A model generated the notes under the pieces. That model had not been told where the DNA came from and did not search any database. It saw only the letters and a program-made list of their open reading frames with translations. Below, one piece after another: positions 1 to 9,592 of a stretch of DNA of 64,000 nt. A program made the position numbers and the translations under genes. Each line of letters begins with the position of its first letter. The first letter of the stretch is position 1. The DNA comes from an uncultured Myxococcales bacterium (GTDB lineage Bacteria > Myxococcota_A > Bradymonadia > REDH01): NCBI GenBank assembly GCA_965367675.1, contig CBDUJZ010000006.1, positions 2,016 to 66,015 of the forward strand, written 5' to 3'.

Positions 1-2
1 AC

Positions 3-1040
3 AGTGTCGACGGTGGCCTCGTGCTCGACGACACCGACCCGGACCTCGGCCTCATCCGCCTCGCGTTCGAGAACGTGGACCGCGTCCCGTTCTTCCCGAC
101 CGTGCGATTCGTCTCAGCCGAGCAAGCGTCCGCAGACAGCAACGCCGCGCGTTTCGCGATGTCCTGGCGCGCCGCGAATCTCACCAACGACCTCGTCGAG
201 TTCGGCACCTTCCTTGTCGACCCGCCGCAGCCGCCCTCGGCGCTGACCACCCACACCGCCCGCGTTCGGATTGAAGTTGACGACGTCGATTTCCAGCCGA
301 ACGGCCTCGGCTTGCTGGCGGCGTGGACGGAGCGCGCCGGACAAGTTGGCGAAGTGTTCACGCTCGCGACCGACCTGAACGGAAACCCCGCCACCGGTAG
401 CACGCCGCTGCTCGCGTCACCGGAAGAGCGGATCGCCGCGCAGCCGGAAGTCCTCAGTGCGGACGGCGTGTACTACGTCGTGTTCAGCACCGTCGGCGAC
501 GGCGTCCGGAACGTGCTCGCGAAGGCCTTCGATGCCAACAACACGTTGATCGGTCACCTGCGATTGCGCGCCGACCAACCCGCCGTCGACTTCGAGATCG
601 CCACCATCCAGGGCAGCTCCGCCAGCCGGACGGCCGTGGTTTTCTGGGTCGAGACGAGCGGCAACACGCAGTCCATGTTCCTCTCGTACTTCAACGCCGA
701 GGTCGCCAGCTTCCTGGGCATCAACGAGACGGTGTCGCTGCCCGCCATTCGCATCGCCGACGACTTCAGCACCATCTCCAACCTCGTGTCGACCGACGCG
801 GACCAGGGCTTCGTGGTCGCGTGGGTGGGCGAGCGAGATGGGCAATCAGACCTCTGGGTACAGCGACTCTCCGAGGAGGGCCTCGTGTCCTACTCGCCCA
901 TGGCCGTGGGCGTGGAAGACGCGCGCGCCGTGACCATCTACGACATCACCAGCACCCAAGATGGCATCGGCGTTGTATGGCAGGAGAACGGCCCGGAGGG
1001 GCTCACCCACCAGTACCAGCGCTTCCGCTGCGCCTGGTAG
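3..1040 (+). CDS. Hypothetical secreted repeat protein, 5'-partial (open frame runs to window edge)
   Basis: Frame is open from nt 3 with no in-window upstream stop, and ends at TAG 1038-1040. GC3-rich coding-like composition. Ser/Thr/Gly/Val-rich beta-rich sequence with a recurring V-V-x-W-V-E motif. No recognisable catalytic motif. Confidence 0.45.
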   Translation, partial: SVDGGLVLDDTDPDLGLIRLAFENVDRVPFFPTVRFVSAEQASADSNAARFAMSWRAANLTNDLVEFGTFLVDPPQPPSALTTHTARVRIEVDDVDFQPNGLGLLAAWTERAGQVGEVFTLATDLNGNPATGSTPLLASPEERIAAQPEVLSADGVYYVVFSTVGDGVRNVLAKAFDANNTLIGHLRLRADQPAVDFEIATIQGSSASRTAVVFWVETSGNTQSMFLSYFNAEVASFLGINETVSLPAIRIADDFSTISNLVSTDADQGFVVAWVGERDGQSDLWVQRLSEEGLVSYSPMAVGVEDARAVTIYDITSTQDGIGVVWQENGPEGLTHQYQRFRCAW

Positions 1041-1110
1041 TTCGCCGCTGAGCTGAGTTGAACTGAACTGAGCTGAACTCTGCTGAGCTGATCTGAGTTG
1101 AGCTGGGTGC
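1041..1110. repeat. Imperfect heptamer microsatellite (GAGCTGA/GAACTGA/GTTGAAC)n immediately after the stop of the first CDS
   Basis: Direct reading: gctgagctgagttgaactgaactgagctgaactctgctgagctgatctgagttgagctgg. About 10 degenerate 7-nt units. Confidence 0.6.
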
Positions 1111-1208
1111 AGCCCGGAGCGCTGAAGCGTGTGCAGGTCGCTTCGCTTTGCCCGGCGGACGGTCCTCGCCGTCGGGCGGCTCCGCTCACCGTCGTTTCGG
1201 TGCTTTGG

Positions 1209-1248
1209 CGGCCAGTGTCGCGTCGCGCCAGGGGGCCAGTGTCGCGTC
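1209..1248. repeat. 16-nt direct repeat ggccagtgtcgcgtcg, two copies separated by 8 nt
   Basis: Exact duplicate seen at 1209-1224 and 1233-1248, in the non-coding tail downstream of the minus-strand gene that ends at 1288. Confidence 0.5.
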
Positions 1249-1287
1249 GATGCCTTGGCTTGGGCCCAGCGTCGTCGTGGCGACGCC

Positions 1288-3294
1288 TTACGGGATCGCT
1301 TCGACCGGGCTGCCATAGATGACCTGAATGCGGTGGGCACCCGAGGTGAGCGGCAGAATGTGCAGCACGCGGTCGCCCGTCAGGCCCAGCGCTGAGGTCG
1401 GCGTCGACTCGTTGTCCACGATCAGACGTTCGACGGGTCGGCCTTCGAATCGCGCGGGGAACGATACGGACGGGGTGCCGCGTACGTGGGCTTCGTCGTC
1501 TTCGGCTTCCGGGTCGAGCTCGGGTCCGACTACGCGGGTCTCGATCGTCAGGCGGCGCTCTTCACGCGAGAACGTGGACTCGACGGAGCTGGCGTCACGG
1601 CGGGCCAGGAAGTCGGCGTATTCGCTGTAGGTTGTCACCCAAAGCTCTTGGGACTGCGCCAGCTCGAACGCGCGCTGCCAGCCCTCGATGGCGTCAAAGC
1701 TGGGGCGCCGGGACATCACGTCTGGGCGCCAGTCAGCGGCGATCGTCGTGTGGTAGCCCTCGGAGCTGTCCACGATCAGCGAGCGCACGCGCTGAATCGC
1801 GTAGCCGCTGGCGCTGGCGTCGAGTGACACCGGCAACTCTCGAAGCCGGAACCGGTTGCCGTTCTGGTCGATGGGGTGGAACGGTCGTCCCGTCGCGAAC
1901 AGGTATCCGAAGTGCTCTTCGGCGACGTCGAACTCGCTCGGCGGCGGTCCGTAGCTGCTGTCCAACTGTACGCCGCCCGCTTCGAGCGTGCGGAAGATGG
2001 AGAAGTAGTCGTCCGCCCAGCGGTGATCGAGCGAGCTCGTCGCGATCACGGGCCCGTAGGGGATGGCGTCGTGGTTGAGCATGTCGAACTGCTCCAGCAG
2101 CCCCATCGGCCGCTCCACGGGCCGGAAATTGCGCACGCCCCAGGCGCGGCGCGGCGCGTCCTCATGCCCCGGTGGGACCCATTGCAGTTGCAGGTCCACG
2201 CCGATGCGTCCGAGCCGAGCGAGGTCTTCGGGCGTCAGGCTGCCGGCGACGACGAACATGCTCGAGTTGAGGTCGTTGCTGTGCTCCCAGTGGGGCATGT
2301 AGCCCGCGGCTGGGCCGTACCGTGACTCCCCGTGGCCGACCACCAACGCGCCGCGTGTGGTCGACGGATACGCCCACAACCGCCCGACCGGCCGGTGCAC
2401 GTCGGCGAGGTACAGGATGTTGCGTTCGAGCAAGTCTACGAACGGGATGTGGGCCGTGCGGAGCTCATCGTCGGCCACCAAGTCTGCCGTCATCACGCCC
2501 ACGCCGTGCCGCTCTACGCGGGCTTCGGGTGGCGTGATCGAGAAGTCCGGGTTGGGCACGCCCTGCATGAGCTGGGTCGCGGCGCGGCCGAAGTCGAACA
2601 GCACCAGAATGACGCGTCCGCGGCCGATGTGCAGCGTGACGATGCCCGGCTGGCCGTCGACCTCGAGGAGCACTTGGTAGTCGCGTCCACGGGTCAGGTT
2701 GGGCGGGTTGTAGGGGGTGAGCGTCGTGCGGAGCGGCATCTCAAGGATGTCCGCGCGCATCTCACCGCGGCTGAGCGCGCCGTCGAAGCTGGTGATGCGG
2801 CGGGTCTCGCGGGCGCGGGCGTTGGAGATCGGCTGGCCGACGAGGCCACGCCAAGGCCCCTCGGGCTGCTCCAGGATGACGGTGCCGCCGTCCTCGACCC
2901 AGTTGCGAACAAACTGCGTTTGCGTGGGGTCGAGCTGTGAGGACGCACGCTTGGGTACGATGACCCAGGCACAGGGGTCCATCACGGAGCGGGTGAGCTG
3001 CGAGGTTTCGACCGTTCGGAACGGGCCAACTTCGCGCTCCACCACCGTGAGCCACGCCTGGTCGAAGGACATCGCATCGAGCGAATGGGCTTCGGAGACG
3101 GTGGGCAACACGACGAGCACGTCCGGGGCGGGGGCGCTCTCAGGCGGCGCCGCGAGGCGGGACTCCGCGGGGCGTGGATCGAGCGTCACCGGGTTGTTCT
3201 TGATCACCCAACCCAGAGCGACGAGCACAGCGATGAGGGTGAGCCCAATCTCGAGCCCGATGCTGGCCTGGCGCGTGGTGCGTGGAGCCTTCAT
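1288..3294 (-). CDS. Membrane-anchored ~668-aa hypothetical protein (paralog B of a tandem pair), with an N-terminal TM anchor and a large extracytoplasmic domain
   Basis: ATG at 3294 (MKAPRTTRQASIGLEIGLTLIAVLVALGWV...) overlaps the TGA of the upstream paralog (ATGA). The Arg-rich stretch upstream of it in the ORF-track translation is an artefact. Shares blocks with 3291..5240 (…ILVLFDFG…LMQGVPNPDF…, …IPFVDLLER…, …YGPPPSEF…GYLFATGRPFHPIDQNG…). Function unknown; a carbohydrate-esterase/amidotransferase-like fold is only a guess. Confidence 0.6.
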   Translation of the reverse strand: MKAPRTTRQASIGLEIGLTLIAVLVALGWVIKNNPVTLDPRPAESRLAAPPESAPAPDVLVVLPTVSEAHSLDAMSFDQAWLTVVEREVGPFRTVETSQLTRSVMDPCAWVIVPKRASSQLDPTQTQFVRNWVEDGGTVILEQPEGPWRGLVGQPISNARARETRRITSFDGALSRGEMRADILEMPLRTTLTPYNPPNLTRGRDYQVLLEVDGQPGIVTLHIGRGRVILVLFDFGRAATQLMQGVPNPDFSITPPEARVERHGVGVMTADLVADDELRTAHIPFVDLLERNILYLADVHRPVGRLWAYPSTTRGALVVGHGESRYGPAAGYMPHWEHSNDLNSSMFVVAGSLTPEDLARLGRIGVDLQLQWVPPGHEDAPRRAWGVRNFRPVERPMGLLEQFDMLNHDAIPYGPVIATSSLDHRWADDYFSIFRTLEAGGVQLDSSYGPPPSEFDVAEEHFGYLFATGRPFHPIDQNGNRFRLRELPVSLDASASGYAIQRVRSLIVDSSEGYHTTIAADWRPDVMSRRPSFDAIEGWQRAFELAQSQELWVTTYSEYADFLARRDASSVESTFSREERRLTIETRVVGPELDPEAEDDEAHVRGTPSVSFPARFEGRPVERLIVDNESTPTSALGLTGDRVLHILPLTSGAHRIQVIYGSPVEAIP

Positions 3295-5240
3295 CGGCGA
3301 TACCTCAGGCCAACGGTCGTGAAGCCGGGGTTGAGCGGCAGGAGCTCCACCGGTCGGCCCAGGTACGTGGTCGAGGTGGTCTCGACTTGGCCGGCGATGT
3401 CGTACAGACGTGCCTCGGGGCCGCCGCGGGTCGCTTGGTTGAACGTGAGCCCGCCGACCTCGCCGGGGACCATAAGCACGAGGCCGCGCCCGCCGGTCTC
3501 GACCTCGACTGTGAAGTCGATGGCGCGGGGGTCGCCCTCGGCGTCTGTGGAGCTGATTTCTTGAGAGATCACATGGAGCGCTGCGGCGGAGCGTCGACGC
3601 TGGAACGAGACGTACTCGCCGGCGCCGCCGACCCACATATCGTTGCGGTCTGCGAACCGGAGCGCGTTGCGCCAGATGTCGAACGCCTGCAGGTCGGGGC
3701 GCGCCTCGAAGCGGTCGGCTGACGTGAGCAGGTGCAGGGCCCAGGTGCCTTGGCTGGCGGCGGTGAGCGCCTCTTCGAACAGCGCGAGCTCGGCGTCCGT
3801 CTCCGGGTTGTCGAAGCACACCGGGACCTCTTGCATGCGGAAGGGCATGCCGTTGTGGTCGATGGGCGTGAACGGTTGGCAGGTGCCGAACAGGTAGCCT
3901 GGGGGCCCCTCTGGCGGCGGTCCGTAGGTGGCGGAGTAGCGGAGCTCAGCGGCTTCCATGATCGCGTAGGGCTGTGCGAACCGCGAGGTCCAGCGGCCGT
4001 CCCAGATTCGTACGCCGCGGACGTCGGCGTCGTCGCCGAGCGCGGTCTCAAGGCGCTCAAGCTGGCCGACAAGCGTGAGGCTTTGGCGTACGGGGTTGAA
4101 CCCGAAGAGGCCGTAGTGGCGGAAGAGCTCGGCGTCGCTGGGATCCATCACCCAGAGCATCGCGCCGTGTCCTACGAACTCGGCGTCGCGGAGCTCTTGG
4201 TCGACGTCGCGGTCGTCCCGCGGCGCCGAGATGTATGTGGTGCTGCGGGCGTCGAGCGAGCGCTCGTGAATGGACATCCAGAGGGGGCGGCCGTCGATGT
4301 CGCGGGAGTCATGCGAGGTGAGCAGCGCGCCGCGTTTGGCGTCCGGGTAGGGCCAAAGCGCGAAGGTGGGCTGGTGGTCTCCGAGCACGACCTGGGCGAT
4401 GTAGCGCTCGAGAAGGTCGGCGTAAGGAATGGTCGCGCCCATGAGCGCGGGGCTCGAGGCGAGGTCGAACGTGCGAATGGGCTGGCCGTGCCGCGCGGGT
4501 TGCACGCGGAAGTTCGCCTCGGGTGTTCCTTGTTGCAGTCGGGAGAGCTGTACGCCGACCTCGAAGTCGAAGATCACGACTTGTCCGGCGCCAACGCGTT
4601 GGGTGTAGATGACGGGCGCGCCGTCGATGGCGAGCAGGGTCTGCGCGCCTTCGAGCGTGCCTGTGCTGCCGCGGTAGCGTGCCATGATGGGGATGTTGCG
4701 GATCTGCTCCAGCACATCGTCGGGGACGCCTTCTGCGGCGGTGATGGTGTCGGCGCGTCGCCATCCACCGTCGCCGTCCGCAGCGAAGCGTGCGCGCAGC
4801 ATGCCTTCGGGCAGCTCGACGGCCAGGGTGCCGCCGCCGGCGACGAACGAATCGAAGTCGGGCATGAACTGCGCGACGTCCGGGTTCCGCGAGGCGCTGG
4901 ACGTCAGGATGACGATTCGATGTTCCTGCAGGCGTTCGCCGGTGAGGGTGGCGAGGTCGGCGGTGGTGACCGGCCCGACCTCTTGGCGCACCAGATCGAC
5001 CCACGTCCAGCTGCGATCGAGCTGTCCTTCGTCCGCTGAACGCAGCATCTGCGCTTCGGAGAGCACCACGAGGATGTCTCCGCGTCCCTCGATCGTGTTC
5101 ATCCTGCCGCCGAGCTCGGGATCGCCCGCGGCTAGGGTGATCGGATACCGATCCAGCAGGAAAACGGCCGCCGCAAACACGACGGCCGACCAGAAGGCCA
5201 CCCGGTAGGGATGGAGTTTTGAGCGTCGGCGTGAGATCAT
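3291..5240 (-). CDS. Membrane-anchored 649-aa hypothetical protein (paralog A of the tandem pair)
   Basis: ATG at 5240. N-terminal signal anchor (MISRRRSKLHPYRVAFWSAVVFAAAVFLL). Conserved blocks shared with 1288..3294 (…VVIFDFEVG…LQQGTPEANF…, …IPYADLLER…, …YGPPPEGPPGYLFGTCQPFTPIDHNG…). Its stop overlaps the start of paralog B. Confidence 0.65.
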   Translation of the reverse strand: MISRRRSKLHPYRVAFWSAVVFAAAVFLLDRYPITLAAGDPELGGRMNTIEGRGDILVVLSEAQMLRSADEGQLDRSWTWVDLVRQEVGPVTTADLATLTGERLQEHRIVILTSSASRNPDVAQFMPDFDSFVAGGGTLAVELPEGMLRARFAADGDGGWRRADTITAAEGVPDDVLEQIRNIPIMARYRGSTGTLEGAQTLLAIDGAPVIYTQRVGAGQVVIFDFEVGVQLSRLQQGTPEANFRVQPARHGQPIRTFDLASSPALMGATIPYADLLERYIAQVVLGDHQPTFALWPYPDAKRGALLTSHDSRDIDGRPLWMSIHERSLDARSTTYISAPRDDRDVDQELRDAEFVGHGAMLWVMDPSDAELFRHYGLFGFNPVRQSLTLVGQLERLETALGDDADVRGVRIWDGRWTSRFAQPYAIMEAAELRYSATYGPPPEGPPGYLFGTCQPFTPIDHNGMPFRMQEVPVCFDNPETDAELALFEEALTAASQGTWALHLLTSADRFEARPDLQAFDIWRNALRFADRNDMWVGGAGEYVSFQRRRSAAALHVISQEISSTDAEGDPRAIDFTVEVETGGRGLVLMVPGEVGGLTFNQATRGGPEARLYDIAGQVETTSTTYLGRPVELLPLNPGFTTVGLRYRR

Positions 5241-5377
5241 CTTTCAGCGAGCCCGCCGGGCTCGAAACACGTGTCGAGCGGGCCAGCCGGGCCATGTAGC
5301 GCTCTGGCCCGCGTTCGGTCAATGCGCCAGTGCGCTGAAAGACCGCTGACGCGCCTTTTCTGTGAGACCCACCGCCG
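5241..5377. promoter_or_regulatory. Divergent intergenic region with several dyad symmetries, between paralog A and the TPR/HEAT gene
   Basis: Perfect palindrome cgagcccg-c-cgggctcg (5248-5264). acacgtgt palindrome. Distal inverted repeat ctttcagcg (5241-5249) … cgctgaaag (5333-5341). Confidence 0.35.
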
Positions 5378-8300
5378 ATGATCCGCCTGAACCTCTTCCG
5401 CTTGGCACCCCTGCCGCGTCCGCTCCGGGCGCCTGATGCCAGTGCTGCGGGTGTTGGGAACCCGGATTTTGCGCTTCTCTCCACGCCTCGTCGGCGGCTT
5501 GACCGTCCGTCCGCGCGCCTGCTCGGTCGCGTGCTCGGTCTCTCGCTGGCTGCGTCGTTGTGTAGTTTGCATGTCTCCATCGTCGTGCCTGCGCCGGGGC
5601 AGTCAACCCATTCGCCGACCACAACGTACGGCGTTCAGCTCGGCGTGCCCGCGGCTACCGCCCAGTCAGGCGACGGCTGGGGCGTGGATGGCGGCGCGGA
5701 TCGTCGCAACGAGATCATCCGGAGATATCGCACGATCCTGGAAGCGCGTCCGGACCAAGGCCCGATCTTTGACCGTTTGCTGCAGGAGATCGGCGGCGGG
5801 CAGCGGTTCGATTCCACCGTGGCGGACTACGAGCGGCTGACGGCTGAGAACCCCGACCGCTTCGCGTACCCCATGCTGCTCGGCCACCTCCTCCGCCACG
5901 CGGAGCGACTGGAGCCGGCGCTGGAGGCCTATTCGCGGGCGATCGAGATCGCGCCGGACGACGGCCGCGGCTATCGATCCCGCGCGTCGGTGTATCGCGC
6001 GCTCGACCAACGGCCTGAAGCGCAGGCCGATTACGAGCAGGCGCTCACTTTGGCCACCGATGACGATGACCGGCGCGACGTGCTGCGAGAGCTCGCAGAC
6101 TTGGCGTTCGACGCGCGGGAGTGGGAGGTCGCGAGCGCCTATGTAGAGCAAGTGCTGGAGATCGAGGACGACGCCTTCACGCGGATGGAGCTCGCCGAGA
6201 TCTTCATCCGGTACGAGCGCTTCGACGACGCCCTCGCGCAGTACGAGGCGATCATCGACCGGGCTGGCCGAGACACCCGGCAGCGCGCGATCGCCATCAA
6301 AGACGCCGGCGATGTGCTCGCCATGATGGGGCGCACCGAAGAGGCGCTCGACCGCTATGAGAGCGCCATGCGCTTGGTCGACGACGGGCACTGGTTGGTG
6401 CGCGAGCTCGAGCAGCGGATCGTCGCTGCGTATCGGCAGGACGACCGACTGGAGGAGCTGGTCGAGACGTACGAGGCCGAGTGGACACGCCCGTCGCTCC
6501 GGCAGTTGAACCTGCTGGCTGAGCTGTACGACGAGCTCGGTCGTGAAGACGACGCGTTGGAGACCTATCGGCAGGCGCTGCGGCGCGACTCTCGTTCGAT
6601 CGACACCCGCCTCGCGCTCATCCGGCTGCTCGAGCGGCGCGGTGACATGGACGAGGTGGTCTCGCAGTATCAGGACCTGAGTCGCATCGACGGCAACGAC
6701 GCTTCGATTCGGTTCCGGCTCGTGGACGTGTATCGCCGCATTGGCCGGCGCGACGACGCGGTCGCGGTGCTGGATGCCATGTCTCGGCAGTTCGGCGACC
6801 GGCCGCATGTACTCATCGACATCGCCGACCGGTACGTGCGGCTCGGGCGCGCCGAGTCTGCGCTGGCCGCCTACGAGCGCTTGGTGCGCATCGACCCCAG
6901 GGAGCCGGACAACCACATCGCGCTCGGCGAGTTCCACTTCATGGCGGGGCGTCGATCCGAAGCCGAGCGGCACTGGCGACAGGTGCTCGAACTGGTGACG
7001 CCGGAGGGCCAAGCCCACGCCATGCTCGGTGACGTGTTCTCGGACCACGGGTTGGTCGAAGAGGCGATCTTCGAATACGATCGCGCGCGCGCGCTGGAGC
7101 CCGATGACGACACGATCCTGCGGGCGAGCGCGAAGCTGTACGAGGACGCGCAGCGCCTGGCCGAAGCGCTGCGGCTGTGGGAGTCCCTCGCCGAGCGGAC
7201 CGACCAGGCGCACCTGCGCGGCGAGGCGCGCGGCGCCATGATTCGAATCTACGTGGCGCTCGGTACGCTTCAGGACGTGCTGCCCGAGTACCAGGCGCGG
7301 TTCGACGCTGAGCCGCCCGATATTGAGGCGGGGTACTTCCTGGGCCAAGCCTGGACGGCGCTCGACGACGAAGCGCAGGCCGAGGCCGCGTTCTCGGCCA
7401 TCTTGGAGCACGCGCCCGACGACCTTGTAGCGTTGTTGGCGCTCGAGGAGCTGTTCACCACCCAACACCGGCACGAAGAGGCGGTCGCTGTGCTGCTTCG
7501 GGTGGCCGAGGCGCATCCGAGCCGGGCGCGCGAGTACTACCACCGTCTGTCGGAGCTCTCGTTGCGGTTGTACAACGATGAGCAGGCCGTTCGATTCGCT
7601 GAGCTGGCGGTCGAGTTGAACCCTGACAATGCGCAGGCCCACGCGCGATTGGCCGATGTGCACCGTCAGATGCAGGACTTGGACGCGGCGGTCTTGGCGT
7701 ATCGCCAAGCGCTGCTGCTCGATCCGCGCGCCTTCTCTAACTACTTCGATCTGGCGGAGATCTTCTTGGCGCAGGACCGTCCGTTCGAGGCGGACGCGCT
7801 TTACCAGCATGTGCTCGCGGAGGCGAACGACGAGGTCGCCGTGGTCCGCGCTGGGCGACGCTCGATTCAGATCAACCAGGCGCGTGACACGCTGGAGCCG
7901 CTGATCTCGATCATTGAGCCGCACGTGTACGACGACGACCTGGGCGAGGCGTACCTGAAGCTGCTCATCGAATTGTATGAGCGCCTGACGATGCCGCTGA
8001 GCCAGCGCGCTGCGTTTGGTCCCGTTCAGGAGCGTGGCGCCGCGCGCGATCGGTTGGATGATATCGGCCGGCGCGCGCTCCGGCCGCTGCTTGACGCGCT
8101 GGCAGGTGAGGATGTGAGCCTGCGCCGGACCGCGCTGCGGATCCTGGTGGCGCAGGGGAACCCGAACGCGGCGTTGCCCATCGCGCGCTTGCTCGATGCG
8201 TCGGACGCTGACCTGCGGCTTGAGGCCGCGCTGGCGGTGGCCGTGCTCGCGGATTCGCGCGCTTCGGCGCCCCTGTTGCGGGCGGCGACGTCCGACTCTG

Positions 8301-9592
8301 GAGTGGTTCAGTCGCTCGCAGCGTGGGCGCTCTCCCGAATGGATTCGCCGGATTTGGCGCCGTCTCTGGTGGAGCTCGCCGAGGACGCCGCCCGCCCTCC
8401 GCTGGTTCGCGCGTTCGCTGTGCGCGGGTTGGGGCATATGGGCGAGGCTGGCGTGCCGACCGCGAACGCGATGCTGTTCGCCGAGTCTGAGCTGATTCAG
8501 GTCGCGGCGGTCATGGCGGTCGGAGAGTTGGGGCTCGAAGAGCGCGCGGCGGACCTGATTTTGTTGCTGGAGCACGGGAGCGCCAGCGTGCCGCTCGCGG
8601 CGGCTCGAGCGCTCGGTGCGCTGCCGGCGACCCGCGCGACTGTGGCCGCGTTACTCGACGCTTACGTGCACGGCGCGCCGGACATTCGCACCCACGCGGG
8701 CGACGCGCTCTCCCGGCTCGCTGCCGGGGCGTCGCCGACCGACACGGACGCGTACGACCGCTCGCTGGTGTTCTACGACCGGACGGTGAACGCGCTCGAT
8801 GGCGCCGCGTACTTCGATGGCCTGCTCGGCTGGGGCCTCGGTGAGGTGACGCCAGCAACGACCAATGGTCTGGCCGCGTTTGACGATGTCGTATTGGGGG
8901 CCTTGAGCCGTGGAGTCGAAGCCGACGTTGCAACCCAGCGAGCGCTGCTGACGTCGCTGAACAGCGAGGATGACGCCGGGGTTTCGGCCATCGCACGCGC
9001 ACTCGCGGGCGCTGCGCGCGAGTCACATCGAGCGCTCGTCGAGGGGTGGATTGCCGACCAAGCGGACATGCTGATGGAGCTCGCAGACGGCTCGGACGAG
9101 CAGCGGAGCGCGCTCGCGCTCGGTGTGCTGGCGTTCGGAGATCGCAGCGCGGCGCCGTTCTTGGTTTCGCACTTCGACGACTCCAACGATGCGGTCGCCG
9201 TCGCCGCGATTCAGGCCGCCGGCCGGCTTGTGCTGCCGGACAGTGGCCCGCTGCTGAGCGCGTTGAATAGCCCGTCGTGGCGTCGGCGTAGCGCGGCGGC
9301 AATGGCGCTGGGCTCCGGTGGGTTCTCCGACGCGGTGGACGAGCTCGATGCCCGCGCTCAGATGGAGACCTACGCGTCGGTGCGCGCGGCGATCTTGGAC
9401 GCGCTGCTGTCACTCGATCCCACGGTAGGCGTCGAACGAACGCTGGCGCTCTGGGAGGAACTCCCGGTGGCGGTCCGGCTTGCGCTCGTTCAGCGCGCCG
9501 TTGAGCTGCCGGCGATGTCGGCTCTGGTGGCGCGCGCCCGTCAGGACGTAGATCCCAGGGTTCGGCGCGCGGCGATGGTGGGCCCAGAGTAG
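5378..9592 (+). CDS. Very large (1404 aa) TPR-repeat plus HEAT/PBS-lyase-like repeat protein with an N-terminal signal/TM segment
   Basis: ATG at 5378. Hydrophobic segment LLGRVLGLSLAASLCSL. Middle region has TPR-like helices (…AYSRAIEIAPDDGRGY…, …ALAAYERLVRIDPREPDNHIALGEF…). C-terminal third is HEAT-like (…LRRTALRILVAQGNPNAALPIARLLDASDADLRLEAALAV…). Start could instead be an in-frame GTG near 5530. Confidence 0.7.
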   Translation: MIRLNLFRLAPLPRPLRAPDASAAGVGNPDFALLSTPRRRLDRPSARLLGRVLGLSLAASLCSLHVSIVVPAPGQSTHSPTTTYGVQLGVPAATAQSGDGWGVDGGADRRNEIIRRYRTILEARPDQGPIFDRLLQEIGGGQRFDSTVADYERLTAENPDRFAYPMLLGHLLRHAERLEPALEAYSRAIEIAPDDGRGYRSRASVYRALDQRPEAQADYEQALTLATDDDDRRDVLRELADLAFDAREWEVASAYVEQVLEIEDDAFTRMELAEIFIRYERFDDALAQYEAIIDRAGRDTRQRAIAIKDAGDVLAMMGRTEEALDRYESAMRLVDDGHWLVRELEQRIVAAYRQDDRLEELVETYEAEWTRPSLRQLNLLAELYDELGREDDALETYRQALRRDSRSIDTRLALIRLLERRGDMDEVVSQYQDLSRIDGNDASIRFRLVDVYRRIGRRDDAVAVLDAMSRQFGDRPHVLIDIADRYVRLGRAESALAAYERLVRIDPREPDNHIALGEFHFMAGRRSEAERHWRQVLELVTPEGQAHAMLGDVFSDHGLVEEAIFEYDRARALEPDDDTILRASAKLYEDAQRLAEALRLWESLAERTDQAHLRGEARGAMIRIYVALGTLQDVLPEYQARFDAEPPDIEAGYFLGQAWTALDDEAQAEAAFSAILEHAPDDLVALLALEELFTTQHRHEEAVAVLLRVAEAHPSRAREYYHRLSELSLRLYNDEQAVRFAELAVELNPDNAQAHARLADVHRQMQDLDAAVLAYRQALLLDPRAFSNYFDLAEIFLAQDRPFEADALYQHVLAEANDEVAVVRAGRRSIQINQARDTLEPLISIIEPHVYDDDLGEAYLKLLIELYERLTMPLSQRAAFGPVQERGAARDRLDDIGRRALRPLLDALAGEDVSLRRTALRILVAQGNPNAALPIARLLDASDADLRLEAALAVAVLADSRASAPLLRAATSDSGVVQSLAAWALSRMDSPDLAPSLVELAEDAARPPLVRAFAVRGLGHMGEAGVPTANAMLFAESELIQVAAVMAVGELGLEERAADLILLLEHGSASVPLAAARALGALPATRATVAALLDAYVHGAPDIRTHAGDALSRLAAGASPTDTDAYDRSLVFYDRTVNALDGAAYFDGLLGWGLGEVTPATTNGLAAFDDVVLGALSRGVEADVATQRALLTSLNSEDDAGVSAIARALAGAARESHRALVEGWIADQADMLMELADGSDEQRSALALGVLAFGDRSAAPFLVSHFDDSNDAVAVAAIQAAGRLVLPDSGPLLSALNSPSWRRRSAAAMALGSGGFSDAVDELDARAQMETYASVRAAILDALLSLDPTVGVERTLALWEELPVAVRLALVQRAVELPAMSALVARARQDVDPRVRRAAMVGPE

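Noticed and set aside
3732-5039. 435-aa + strand ORF overlapping paralog A
   Set aside because: Antisense artefact (GV/ER-rich). The minus-strand paralog shares conserved blocks with its neighbour, supporting that frame.
4309-5622. 437-aa minus-strand ORF spanning the paralog A 5' end and the divergent promoter
   Set aside because: Arg-rich (RRRRHP…) nonsense frame crossing an intergenic region. Not coding.
5666-8575. 969-aa minus-strand ORF inside the TPR/HEAT gene
   Set aside because: Arg/Gln/Leu-rich antisense translation of the TPR gene. No motif. The + strand product has clear repeat architecture.
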